Source: an uncultured Gammaproteobacteria bacterium
Lineage (GTDB): Bacteria; Patescibacteriota; Microgenomatia; UBA10105; UBA927
Direction: 5' to 3'
Length of the DNA: 64,000 bases
Assembly (NCBI GenBank): GCA_964629685.1
Contig: CAZVTT010000001.1
Coordinates: 513,319 to 577,318, forward strand
Notes under the pieces: model-generated
Told to the model about the DNA's origin: nothing
What the model saw: only the letters and a program-made list of their open reading frames with translations
The model's database searches: none
Program-made: the position numbers and the translations under genes
Shown: one piece after another, positions 49,613-58,591 of the stretch
How positions within the stretch are numbered: position 1 is the first letter of the stretch
Layout: the number at the start of each line of letters is the position of its first letter

Positions 49613-50770
49613 TTATACCAGTATTCGCTTAAGTGTGGCTACGGCACTATCAATTTCCCGTTTTTGAATTAAAAACGGCGGTAAAAATCTAATGACGGAG
49701 GCCCCGGCGGGAATCGCCAATATTTGTTCCTTCTGCATTTTTTTTAATATTTCATCCCGTTGTGACGTGAGTTCAATTCCTATCATTAATCCGACTCCGC
49801 GGACATCCGATATCAGCGGCGATGAAATCATTTTTAAAGCGTGAATAAAATATGTTCCCATTGTAACTACGTGATCTAATAGTGGTTCGTTAAGTAGTTC
49901 AAGCGTAGCTATGATTCCGGCACAGGCCAGCGGATTCCCTCCGAATGTGGACGTATGGATATGGCGGGGAATTTGTTCACCTATGGGAGTGGTTACTAAT
50001 GTAGCACCGACGGGAATTCCGCCTGCTAATCCTTTTCCTAGACACAGAATATCGGGATTAACATTATGTTGTTGTATTGCCAAAAATGTTCCGGTTCTGC
50101 CGCAGCCTGTTTGTATTTCGTCAATTATTAAAAGAATTCCGTTTTTGGTACAAAGCTCGCGAACGGCTTGCAAGTATTCCGCCGGAGGAGGATAAATTCC
50201 GCCTTCTCCCTGGACCGGTTCTAAAATAACCGCTGCTGTTTCCGGAGATATTGTTTCTGATAAAGACGTAATGTTTCCAAAGGGTATTCGATCAAATTGC
50301 CACAGCAAAGGCGTAAACGGCGCGGAATATTTCTCGCCACTCGTTGCGGAGAGTGCTCCTAAAGTTTTCCCGTGATAGCCGTGTTCGGCAACGATAAAAC
50401 GTTTTTTACCGCTGGCTAATACGGCAAATTTGAGTGCTGCTTCTATGGCTTCAGCGCCTGAATTGGAAAAATACACTTGCTTTAGTCCGGATCCGCAGCG
50501 TTTAATGAGCATTTTAGCTGCATTTGCCCGACTATCGTTTCCAAAGCTGCCGTGGAGGGTTACCAGTCGTGATAACTGCTGAGTAAGCGCCCGCATCAAG
50601 TCAGGATGAGAATGTCCAAGTATGGAAACGCCATAATTGCTCATTAAATCAAGATAACGGGTACCTTCAGTATCATAGAGATACATACCTTCACCCCGGA
50701 TAAAGCTGACGCCCCTGTTTACATAGACCGGTACGGTAAAATGTTGTTGAATAGGTAAAAATTCATCCAT
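49613..50770 (-). CDS. lysJ: [LysW]-aminoadipate semialdehyde transaminase (class III PLP)
   Basis: NSGAEAIEAALK, YHGKTLG, EPVQGEGG, DEIQTG.GRTG, KGLAGG, H.STFGGNP; operon context. Confidence 0.9.
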   Translation of the reverse strand: MDEFLPIQQHFTVPVYVNRGVSFIRGEGMYLYDTEGTRYLDLMSNYGVSILGHSHPDLMRALTQQLSRLVTLHGSFGNDSRANAAKMLIKRCGSGLKQVYFSNSGAEAIEAALKFAVLASGKKRFIVAEHGYHGKTLGALSATSGEKYSAPFTPLLWQFDRIPFGNITSLSETISPETAAVILEPVQGEGGIYPPPAEYLQAVRELCTKNGILLIIDEIQTGCGRTGTFLAIQQHNVNPDILCLGKGLAGGIPVGATLVTTPIGEQIPRHIHTSTFGGNPLACAGIIATLELLNEPLLDHVVTMGTYFIHALKMISSPLISDVRGVGLMIGIELTSQRDEILKKMQKEQILAIPAGASVIRFLPPFLIQKREIDSAVATLKRILV

Positions 50771-50772
50771 AG

Positions 50773-51573
50773 TTAAGAAATTACGGTACCGGCTCCCTTG
50801 AGGGCTTGTTCAATCGGATGCGGTACGCGTCCATCTCCCCAATAAATAGTTTTAACTCCCATCTCTAAGGCTTTTTTTGCACCTAATATTTTCTTTTTCA
50901 TACGTCCCTGAGCAAATGTCAGATAATTATCCAAATCTTCTTTGGGAATATGCGGAATAATGCTGGTAGGATCCGAAACGTCCCGGAGTAGCCCCGGGGC
51001 TTCAAAGAGATAAACAACGGATTCTACGTGCATGTGCCCTGCCATAACTGCTACCGCCCAGTCATTGTCCGTATTTACAATTGCACAGGCTGGCGTAATT
51101 GCGGGAGGTGCAATTACCGGTGTGTAGCCTCCGGAAATAAGTAACTGAATCAGTTCCGTATTTACGTGTTCCACTCTCCCTGTAAGGTTTCCCGTAAGTA
51201 ATTTCGTTTTGGTACCGTCCTGAATTAATACATCCGGTTTATGTTTTGCTTCCCACAATCGTCCGTCAACACCGCAGAGGCCTACAGCATTTACGGTATG
51301 AGCTTGCAGTTTCGCCACGATCGTTTTATTTACAAGTCCGGCGTAGACCATTAAAAATATATCCAATGCCTGTTTATCGGTATATACACTGCTTATTCCT
51401 GAAGGAGAGGTGATTGTTCTGGTGGGGGCCTGTAACTTTACTGCAATTTCATCCCGGATTGCCCCTGCACCATGTACCAGTATCAGGGGTTCTTTCTTTA
51501 CCAGTTCGGCCACATCTTCCGCGATGTAGTCCCAATTAATGTGTATTCCGCCTCCTGCTTTAATTATAATCAT
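50773..51573 (-). CDS. lysZ: [LysW]-aminoadipate kinase
   Basis: IKAGG, VHG, SPSG..S.YTD, G.DG, NTDND, GRMKKK. Confidence 0.92.
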   Translation of the reverse strand: MIIIKAGGGIHINWDYIAEDVAELVKKEPLILVHGAGAIRDEIAVKLQAPTRTITSPSGISSVYTDKQALDIFLMVYAGLVNKTIVAKLQAHTVNAVGLCGVDGRLWEAKHKPDVLIQDGTKTKLLTGNLTGRVEHVNTELIQLLISGGYTPVIAPPAITPACAIVNTDNDWAVAVMAGHMHVESVVYLFEAPGLLRDVSDPTSIIPHIPKEDLDNYLTFAQGRMKKKILGAKKALEMGVKTIYWGDGRVPHPIEQALKGAGTVIS

Positions 51574-52589
51574 AGATGTATTGCTGCAATCACTGCATCT
51601 GTAAATTCACGTGTTCCCACGGTTCCGTTTAAATCCTGAGTAAGTATTTCTGACTTAATTGTATCTATCAATGCTTTTCTGATGGCGTCTGCAATTTTTT
51701 GTTGTTTAAGATAGTCCAGCAGTAAACACCCTGCCAGAATGGCAGCGGTCGGATTGGCAATATTTAAACCGGTATACTTTGGAGCAGAACCATGAACAGG
51801 TTCAAAGAGCGCAAATTTTTGCCCGATATTCGCCGAAGCCGCGACACCTAGTCCTCCGACTAAACCAGCCGCTTCGTCGGAAAGGATATCTCCGAACATG
51901 TTTGTGGTTACAAGTACATCGAATACTTCAGGTTTACGAACAAGTTGCAGTGCACAGGCATCAACGAGCATATCTTCAAACAGAATATCCGGATACTGTT
52001 CCGCTACTGCTCGGGCTTCTGAAAGGAAGAGACCATCACTTAACCGTAAGACGTTGGCTTTATGTATTGCTGTTACTTTTTTCCTCCCTAATAACCTGGC
52101 AGTCTCAAATGCGTACGTTACGATCCGGCTACTGGCTGTTTTGGTAATTATTCGTTCTGCCGAGTATCCATCGGGAATTTCATGTTCTACACCCGTATAC
52201 AGGTCTTCTGTATTTTCCCGTACCAGGAGGATATCAACGTTTCTCCTGGATTCAGGAATGGGGAGAGACCGGAATGGACGCAGATTTGCAAACAGATCCA
52301 ACTCTTTGCGGATGCGGACAATGGGACTAAAATATCCCGCGATGTTTGGTGGAGAAGTAACGGCACCAAATAATATCGCATCGGCTTTTTTACAGGTATC
52401 AATGGTTGATTCCGGGAGGGGGGATCCGTATTTCTGATAGGCAGCATACCCGGCTTCCGCTTCAATTATATCGTGAGAAAATTTAACTGCCCGGAAAACC
52501 CGCAGCACCTCCCTGATAACTTCCGGACCAATACCGTCTCCACCGATAATACAAAGCAGCGGGATATTGCTAAGTTTTGTTTTGATCAT
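51570..52589 (-). CDS. Homoisocitrate dehydrogenase
   Basis: GDGIGPEV, LFGAVTSP....YFSPIV..R..LDLFANLRP, RENTE, HKANV, FEPVHGSAP; operon context. Confidence 0.88.
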   Translation of the reverse strand: MIKTKLSNIPLLCIIGGDGIGPEVIREVLRVFRAVKFSHDIIEAEAGYAAYQKYGSPLPESTIDTCKKADAILFGAVTSPPNIAGYFSPIVRIRKELDLFANLRPFRSLPIPESRRNVDILLVRENTEDLYTGVEHEIPDGYSAERIITKTASSRIVTYAFETARLLGRKKVTAIHKANVLRLSDGLFLSEARAVAEQYPDILFEDMLVDACALQLVRKPEVFDVLVTTNMFGDILSDEAAGLVGGLGVAASANIGQKFALFEPVHGSAPKYTGLNIANPTAAILAGCLLLDYLKQQKIADAIRKALIDTIKSEILTQDLNGTVGTREFTDAVIAAIHL

Positions 52590-52596
52590 AGTGCGT

Positions 52597-53088
52597 TTAT
52601 GAAAATAATATTCCGATGGAATCTAACCCGTATTTCTGAATATGGGAAATAATACCGCCCTCTTCATGCAGCTTAAGCATAATAGTCGGCATAGAAGCAG
52701 CAATCGTTTTCTTTTTAGTGCTATTTTTAATTTTTTGAACGTCGAATAGGAGCTCAAGTTTATCGTGCGCTGAGATGCCTGAAGTATCAGCAACTACGGC
52801 CAGTAAACCCTGGTTTAAGCAATTGCGGTAAAATATTCTGGCGAACGACGGTGCGATTACCGCAGTGATACCGGAGTAGGCAAGTGCAGTTACTGCCGTT
52901 TCCCGTGAAGAGCCGCACCCAAAGTTTTTTCCTCCAATAACGAAGTCTCCGGGCGTAACATTTTTTGAAAATTCCGGACAATGTTCGATGAATGCAATTT
53001 TGGCTAATTCCTTGGGATCAGTCGTTATATTAAACCTGCCAGGTGTAATCAGATCAGTATTAATGTTATCCCCAAATATCCAATTCAT
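52597..53088 (-). CDS. lysU: Homoaconitase small subunit (LeuD family)
   Basis: FGDNINTDLI.PG, NFGCGSSRE, SFARIFYRN. Confidence 0.85.
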   Translation of the reverse strand: MNWIFGDNINTDLITPGRFNITTDPKELAKIAFIEHCPEFSKNVTPGDFVIGGKNFGCGSSRETAVTALAYSGITAVIAPSFARIFYRNCLNQGLLAVVADTSGISAHDKLELLFDVQKIKNSTKKKTIAASMPTIMLKLHEEGGIISHIQKYGLDSIGILFS

Positions 53089-53092
53089 AGTA

Positions 53093-54352
53093 TTAATTCA
53101 GAAAATGCCGCGGGTCAGTAATATATCCGTTTATAGCTGTTGCCGCTGCCGTAGCAGGGCTGGCAAGGTAGATGAATGCTTTGGCACTCCCCATCCTGCC
53201 GGTAAAGTTTCTGTTTGAGGTGGAAACACACACTTCGTTATCGAACAGAACTCCGCCATGTCTGCCCAGGCATGGTCCGCATCCCGGCGTCGTCAGAATG
53301 GCGCCGATTTTTGTAAAGAATTCTACGTATCCTTTTTTCAGAGCTTGCATGTAGACGAGTTTTGAAGCCGGTGTGATGATTACCCGGGTATCTCCTGCTA
53401 ACTTCTGCCCTTGCCACATAGCATATACCACGTCTAAATCTTCTATCCGACAATTCGTACATGATCCGATAAATACCTGATCCACATGAATCCGGCGTTT
53501 TTCTACAGCTCTTACTGTGGTGACCTTGTCGATATCGGGTGGTTCCGCAATAAGTGGTTCCAGTGAGTCAACGGTATATGACAATACATCCGCATAGGCG
53601 GCATTTTTGTCACTGGAGAGTTCTTGTGCGTCAAATGCGAAAGGTCGGTTATTTTGGTTCAGATAGTGTCTTGTTTGATCGTCAGGTGCCACAATTGCCG
53701 CTTTTGCTCCCATTTCCGCGGACATATTGGTTAACGTTAATCTTGCCGGAACCGAAAAAGAATTTACGGTATCGCCGCCATATTCCAATACGCGATAGTT
53801 TCCGCCTTCCGGTCCTAATTTTTGTGCTACCATCAACACAACATCTTTCGAAAATACTCCCGGAGCTAACGTTCCGTTAATATTTATCCTGATTGTTGCC
53901 GGAACTTTAAACCAGGCTTTACCGCTAGCCATGGCAATGGCCGCGTCCGTAGAACCGACACCAATGGTGAGTGCACCTAATCCTCCCCCTGTAGGGGTAT
54001 GAGAGTCTGCTCCTAAAACTAAAAATCCTGGATTAATGTACCGTTCACTTAAAAGCTGATGACACACGCCGTCAACGGTAATGGGAATTCCTTGTTCTTT
54101 TGCAAATGCCCGAATTTTTGCCTGTAAACCAGCCATTTGTACGTTCGGTGCCGGAAATGCATGATCGAACGGAATGAATATTTTATCTTTATTCCAGACT
54201 TTTTTGGCAATTTGATAAAAAGGTTCAATAGCCCAAGCGCAAGTCGTGTCATGAGCCATTACCAAATCGAGGTCTGCCACGACAAAGTCACCGGCGTAAA
54301 CTTTCTTACCGGTATGTTTGGAGAATATTTTTTCGGCGATGGTTTGCTTCAT
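53093..54352 (-). CDS. lysT: Homoaconitase large subunit (LeuC family, 4Fe-4S)
   Basis: DH, DSHT, GSCTN, PGCGPC.G, SNRNF.GRMG, YLASP. Confidence 0.88.
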   Translation of the reverse strand: MKQTIAEKIFSKHTGKKVYAGDFVVADLDLVMAHDTTCAWAIEPFYQIAKKVWNKDKIFIPFDHAFPAPNVQMAGLQAKIRAFAKEQGIPITVDGVCHQLLSERYINPGFLVLGADSHTPTGGGLGALTIGVGSTDAAIAMASGKAWFKVPATIRININGTLAPGVFSKDVVLMVAQKLGPEGGNYRVLEYGGDTVNSFSVPARLTLTNMSAEMGAKAAIVAPDDQTRHYLNQNNRPFAFDAQELSSDKNAAYADVLSYTVDSLEPLIAEPPDIDKVTTVRAVEKRRIHVDQVFIGSCTNCRIEDLDVVYAMWQGQKLAGDTRVIITPASKLVYMQALKKGYVEFFTKIGAILTTPGCGPCLGRHGGVLFDNEVCVSTSNRNFTGRMGSAKAFIYLASPATAAATAINGYITDPRHFLN

Positions 54353-54353
54353 A

Positions 54354-55592
54354 TTACGGTAGGTGTTCTAAACGTTGTTCTAAAAATTGTGGTTGGGAAA
54401 CTATAGGAGGTATATTATGACGCGACACCACTTCCGATAGCAGTGCGTCGGGTGTATAGAGTCTGTTAATCTTTTCGGTTTGACTTTTAAATTCCTGTGC
54501 GATTACTTTAGCCTGCCCAGGGTCTACATCATAATATTTTACTTCCCGCAGGTAGTAATAAATGAGATTCCAACCGGATAGTGGACCGAGTAACAATTCA
54601 TGCTTGGTAATGCCAAAATTAGACAGATCATGTGCTTCATATACACTGGTATCATTTAAAACTGCTTTTTGGTGTACGCCGGCAGTATGAGTTCTGTTTG
54701 TAAGTGATACCGGTTCCATGGCCGGAACATGTAAGTTCAGAATAGAACCCATTAATACGTTTATGGGGTAACAGAGTAACAGATTGAACGTTTTGCAATA
54801 ATCAGGATCCTCGTGGAACAAGTTAAAGAGTAATCCGGTAAGTGAAGTAATTCCTGATCGTTCGGCGAGTCCCCAAATAGAGGTATCTATATACGATGCT
54901 CCGGATAATACTGCCGTTACAGAATTTATGAGTGCGTAACCACGGTCGTTATGGAAATGACATTCAATGTCATGATTCGGATATCGTGTTGCGAGTGCGG
55001 TAACCCGTTCAGTTACCTGTCTTGGTGTAGCCGTTCCAACGGTATCCGGCATTCCGAATGTCTGTACGTAGTCCTGCGCCATGTCATAGACGCGAAACAC
55101 ATGGTCAATTGGTGTACGGAAAAAATCTTCTACGGAGAATCTTATATAGAGTTTGGGATTATTTTCCCGGATTTTTTTTAAGAGCTGTTGGGTTTTGGCC
55201 AAAACTTCAGTAAAAGAAAGGCCATGACTATTCTGTTGGGCCCGTTTATGAATTCCAATGTATATGTTTAAACCGTCAAAACCTGCTGCTAATGCCTGTT
55301 CTATATCCCGCTCATCACATCGGACGTGTGCGAGTAACGTTACATGATCGCGCTGGATAGTACGGATATATTGCTTTAGCGCTAAAAAATCTTTTCCTTC
55401 CGCTTTGCCCACGATGGGGGAGAATAACTCGAGGTGCCGAACGCCAAGTTGGATAAGTCCGTTTACCAATGATTTTTTATCTTCAAGCGTAAAACGGTAT
55501 TTTTGGGAATCGAAAAGTAACGGTGATTGTTGACCATCCCGAAGTGTAGTATCTATAACTCCTTTAAATCTAGTAGTAAATTTCTGTGGCAT
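54354..55592 (-). CDS. Homocitrate synthase
   Basis: DTTLRDGQQ, HVRC, RFSVEDFFR, DTVG, HFHND.G, HTAGVHQKAVL...YE; no IPMS regulatory domain. Confidence 0.88.
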   Translation of the reverse strand: MPQKFTTRFKGVIDTTLRDGQQSPLLFDSQKYRFTLEDKKSLVNGLIQLGVRHLELFSPIVGKAEGKDFLALKQYIRTIQRDHVTLLAHVRCDERDIEQALAAGFDGLNIYIGIHKRAQQNSHGLSFTEVLAKTQQLLKKIRENNPKLYIRFSVEDFFRTPIDHVFRVYDMAQDYVQTFGMPDTVGTATPRQVTERVTALATRYPNHDIECHFHNDRGYALINSVTAVLSGASYIDTSIWGLAERSGITSLTGLLFNLFHEDPDYCKTFNLLLCYPINVLMGSILNLHVPAMEPVSLTNRTHTAGVHQKAVLNDTSVYEAHDLSNFGITKHELLLGPLSGWNLIYYYLREVKYYDVDPGQAKVIAQEFKSQTEKINRLYTPDALLSEVVSRHNIPPIVSQPQFLEQRLEHLP

Positions 55593-55593
55593 A

Positions 55594-56631
55594 TTATACC
55601 GGGTGTAGTCCCGGAAATGTGAGTCCTGTTTGTTCCGGAAAGCCGCACATTAAATTCATTGCTTGTACTGCCTGACCGGCTGTGCCTTTTACTAAATTAT
55701 CTATGGCCGCAATAATGACTAAACGTTGCATTTTTGAATCAAGTTCAAAACCTATATCACAAAAATTAGTACCAGCCAGAATTTTTGGTTCCGGATAGCG
55801 GTAGATACCCTGTTGTTCTTTGACTATTCTGATAAACGGTTCTTTTCCGTAATATTCGCGGTATGCTTTCCAAATATCTTTTTCCGTAACACCGGATTTG
55901 GGAACTGCATGAATGGTGACCAGTAGTCCGCGTACCATGTCCAAAGCAGTAGCTGAAATACCTACGGCAAAATTATCCGGTAACTGTAATTCCTGACGAA
56001 TTTCAGCCGTATGTCTGTGACCGGTTGGCATATATGAGCGTACTGAACCGGATCGTTCGGGATGATGAGATGCAAGCGAAAAATGCATTCCACCTTGTGA
56101 ACTGCTCATTTTAGCGTCAATAATTACCGAATTCTCCAGTAAGTTGTGCTGTATTAAGGGATATAACGATAAGATTGATACCGTAGCTTCACACCCCCCA
56201 CAGGAAACGTATTTAGCGTTTTTTATTTGTTCCCGATGCAGTTCGGCTATACCGTAGACAAATTTGGGAAGAAGGTCCGGTGCTGTATGTGGTTCGTGAT
56301 ACCACGAAGTAAAAATATCAGCATTATGTAAACGAAAATCTGCCCCTAAATCTATAATCATTCCGGCTTTTTTTTGCAGTTCCGGCATAATATGCATAGA
56401 TTGTCCGTTGGGGAGCGCCACAAAGAGCATATCGCATGGTGCCAATTTATCGGGATGAATAAAATTAAGCTGGGTGATTTTTCGCAGGTTCGGATGAACA
56501 CTCGATAGCGGTTTGCCGGCGAACTGTCTGGATGTAACTTCTGCAATGGTAACTTCGGGGTGTTGGATAAGTAAGCGGATTATTTCCCCGCCTGCGTAAC
56601 CGGAACCCCCAAGTATGGAAACGGTTTTCAT
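55594..56631 (-). CDS. lysY: [LysW]-aminoadipate-6-phosphate reductase (ArgC family)
   Basis: GGSGYAGGE, DLGADFRL, YG.AEL.R, GC, HHPER...RSY.PTGHRHTAEI, YRYPEPK, DNLVKG.AGQA. Confidence 0.92.
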   Translation of the reverse strand: MKTVSILGGSGYAGGEIIRLLIQHPEVTIAEVTSRQFAGKPLSSVHPNLRKITQLNFIHPDKLAPCDMLFVALPNGQSMHIMPELQKKAGMIIDLGADFRLHNADIFTSWYHEPHTAPDLLPKFVYGIAELHREQIKNAKYVSCGGCEATVSILSLYPLIQHNLLENSVIIDAKMSSSQGGMHFSLASHHPERSGSVRSYMPTGHRHTAEIRQELQLPDNFAVGISATALDMVRGLLVTIHAVPKSGVTEKDIWKAYREYYGKEPFIRIVKEQQGIYRYPEPKILAGTNFCDIGFELDSKMQRLVIIAAIDNLVKGTAGQAVQAMNLMCGFPEQTGLTFPGLHPV

Positions 56632-56640
56632 ATAAATTTT

Positions 56641-57483
56641 TTATTTGGCCTGAGTAATACAGTAATCTACAATCGCACCTGAAATGCTGACTCCGGTAGG
56701 GGCTTCCGAATTTTTAAATTCCATGGTGTGATTTATTTCATTAATACTTAATCCCTTATCCGTTTCAAATACATCCATTGCCAAAATACCGCCGCCCACG
56801 GCTCGGGATGCTTTGCTGCAAATTTCGGAAAGCTCTTTCGTTACGGGACAATTACTGGCTACACCACCTCGGGCTGTATTGGTAATCCAATGTTCCGAAT
56901 CCCGGTATATGGCACAAATTGTTTTTCCGTTAATGACAAATGCACGGATATCTCTACCGGGTTTGCGGATATAAGCCTGCAGGTAATAGGCTTTCTGTTG
57001 TGGAGATCCGAGCGTGTCTTTGTGTTCTATTAGCGCTTCAAGGGCTTCCCGATCGTTTACTTTGGCGAGCATTCTACCCCATGATCCCAGAGCTGGTTTT
57101 AACACAATGGGAAATCCTCCCATGCGTTCTATTGCTGTAATGGCTTCTTCCAGGGTGAATACCATGGCAAAATCAGGCGTCAGGACGTTATGTTTGCGCA
57201 ATACAAGTGAGGTTACGAATTTGTCTTCACAGACGGTGGCCACAGATGAAGGGTTAATGACCGGAATCCCGAGAGATTCAAAATATCTGATGGCATAATC
57301 ACCTTTAACCGTAGATACTGACCGTTCAAGTGCAACATGAATTCCCGTAACCGGATAACTAGGGTCAAAAATCATAGTGCGGATATCCATTAACTTCACG
57401 GATACTCCGCGCTGTTTTGCCGCGTCGAGAATTAATTTTTCATCCCCACGGATAGTGGAATGGAGAAGACCGATGGTCGTCAT
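56641..57483 (-). CDS. lysX: Alpha-aminoadipate-LysW ligase (RimK/ATP-grasp)
   Basis: R.DEK, GSWGR, KPGRDIR, AIYR...HWITNTARGG, NEINHTMEFKNS. Confidence 0.95.
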   Translation of the reverse strand: MTTIGLLHSTIRGDEKLILDAAKQRGVSVKLMDIRTMIFDPSYPVTGIHVALERSVSTVKGDYAIRYFESLGIPVINPSSVATVCEDKFVTSLVLRKHNVLTPDFAMVFTLEEAITAIERMGGFPIVLKPALGSWGRMLAKVNDREALEALIEHKDTLGSPQQKAYYLQAYIRKPGRDIRAFVINGKTICAIYRDSEHWITNTARGGVASNCPVTKELSEICSKASRAVGGGILAMDVFETDKGLSINEINHTMEFKNSEAPTGVSISGAIVDYCITQAK

Positions 57484-57487
57484 ATTG

Positions 57488-57661
57488 TTATTCACCCCAA
57501 TCTTCTTCTATAGCCGGTGCCTGTGAAAGGACAGCGGATCCGCCGGTGATACCGGATATTACCAAGCGTGTTTGACATTCAGCACAGCTGATAATTTCCG
57601 ATACTTCAACATTGGCAGCTAATGCCACTTCCCCGTCACAGATAGGACAATTACTTTTCAT
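57488..57661 (-). CDS. lysW: Amino-group carrier protein LysW, 57 aa (not in ORF track)
   Basis: MKSNCPICDGEVALAANVEVSEIISCAECQTRLVISGITGGSAVLSQAPAIEEDWGE: two CxxC and C-terminal EDWGE. Confidence 0.97.
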   Translation of the reverse strand: MKSNCPICDGEVALAANVEVSEIISCAECQTRLVISGITGGSAVLSQAPAIEEDWGE

Positions 57662-57749
57662 ATGCAGGGATTATTTCCGATAGACACCAGGAAGTCAAAA
57701 AAAACTAATTAATTGACAAAAAATAAATAAAAGTGTTAAAATATTAACA
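57662..57749. promoter_or_regulatory. Back-to-back promoters of the lys operon and the divergent gene, with palindrome TGTTAA-AATA-TTAACA
   Basis: Minus: TTGACT-17-AATAAT before lysW; plus: TTGACA(57713)-18-TAAAAT(57737), 6 nt before ATG; palindrome 57734-57749. Confidence 0.65.
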
Positions 57750-58417
57750 TGAAGTCAATCACACAGGCTACTGAAGACATTATTCATGAGTCACCGTTTT
57801 TAGAAGAAGTGATTCGTGAAGATATTGCGAATTTGTCGGGAATTGCCCGGAAAATTCACACTGAAGTGGAAAATCGTACCATGAAAGATGTTACGGTGGC
57901 TTCGGTAATTATGGCTTTAAAGCGTTTAACCGTCCGTGACGGAGTGCATAGTCATAGATTAATGAAGGCGTTTTCTGCTTCTCCTGAGTTGATTGTCCGG
58001 TCTAATCTATTTGAGATAACCGTGGAAAATTCGCCGACACTGATAGAAAAACAGCAAAAACTGCTTGGTAAAGCCAGTAAGGGGCATAGCAATTTTGCCA
58101 CTATTACGCACGGTGTATTTGAAACGACAATTATTGGTAATAGATCCGTGCGGGAGTACGTGTTGAACTTGTATGAAACTGAAAGAATTATCTCAAGAAT
58201 AGATAAGCTCTCGTCAATTACCATTAAATTCCCCAGTGATATTGTGGAACAGCCCGGCGTATATTACACCGTTTTAAAAACATTAGCCTGGGCAGGTCTT
58301 AGTATCGCGGAAGTGGTATCTACCTATTCGGAGTTAACAATTGTGTTGCCCGAGGAAGACGTTGAGCGTGCATTTACGTTAATTAAACAGCTATTTTCAG
58401 GAAAATCAGGTAAGTAG
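57749..58417 (+). CDS. ACT-domain protein with helical N-terminus, putative amino-acid-sensing regulator
   Basis: N-terminal PF........N.S..AR.I.......V...SV.MALKR; C-terminal ACT-like PGV.Y..L..LA..G..I.EVVSTY.ELTIV; no kinase domain. Confidence 0.7.
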   Translation: MKSITQATEDIIHESPFLEEVIREDIANLSGIARKIHTEVENRTMKDVTVASVIMALKRLTVRDGVHSHRLMKAFSASPELIVRSNLFEITVENSPTLIEKQQKLLGKASKGHSNFATITHGVFETTIIGNRSVREYVLNLYETERIISRIDKLSSITIKFPSDIVEQPGVYYTVLKTLAWAGLSIAEVVSTYSELTIVLPEEDVERAFTLIKQLFSGKSGK

Positions 58418-58591
58418 AAGTAGAAATTTCTTCTTGACATGAATAGTCCGACAAAGCAAAATAAACCCATCATGACACTGTTTTTTCCGTAACGGGAGAG
58501 TTTGAATACAGCGTGAACTCCCGCACGTATTCTTGTTTGCATCCTCACTGTACCAGATTCGTGGCTATACTTGAACGCAATATCTGAAAAT

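Noticed and set aside
51570-55592. Leucine biosynthesis (leuABCD) interpretation
   Set aside because: The synthase has homocitrate-synthase motifs and no regulatory domain, and the genes are embedded among lysW/X/Y/Z/J
49613-56631. Acetylated arginine pathway (argBCD) interpretation
   Set aside because: LysW and LysX are present, LysY/LysZ-type motifs are seen, and argA/J/F/G/H are absent from the window
57749-58417. Aspartate kinase call
   Set aside because: No amino-acid kinase domain (no KFGG motif); only an ACT-like C-terminus
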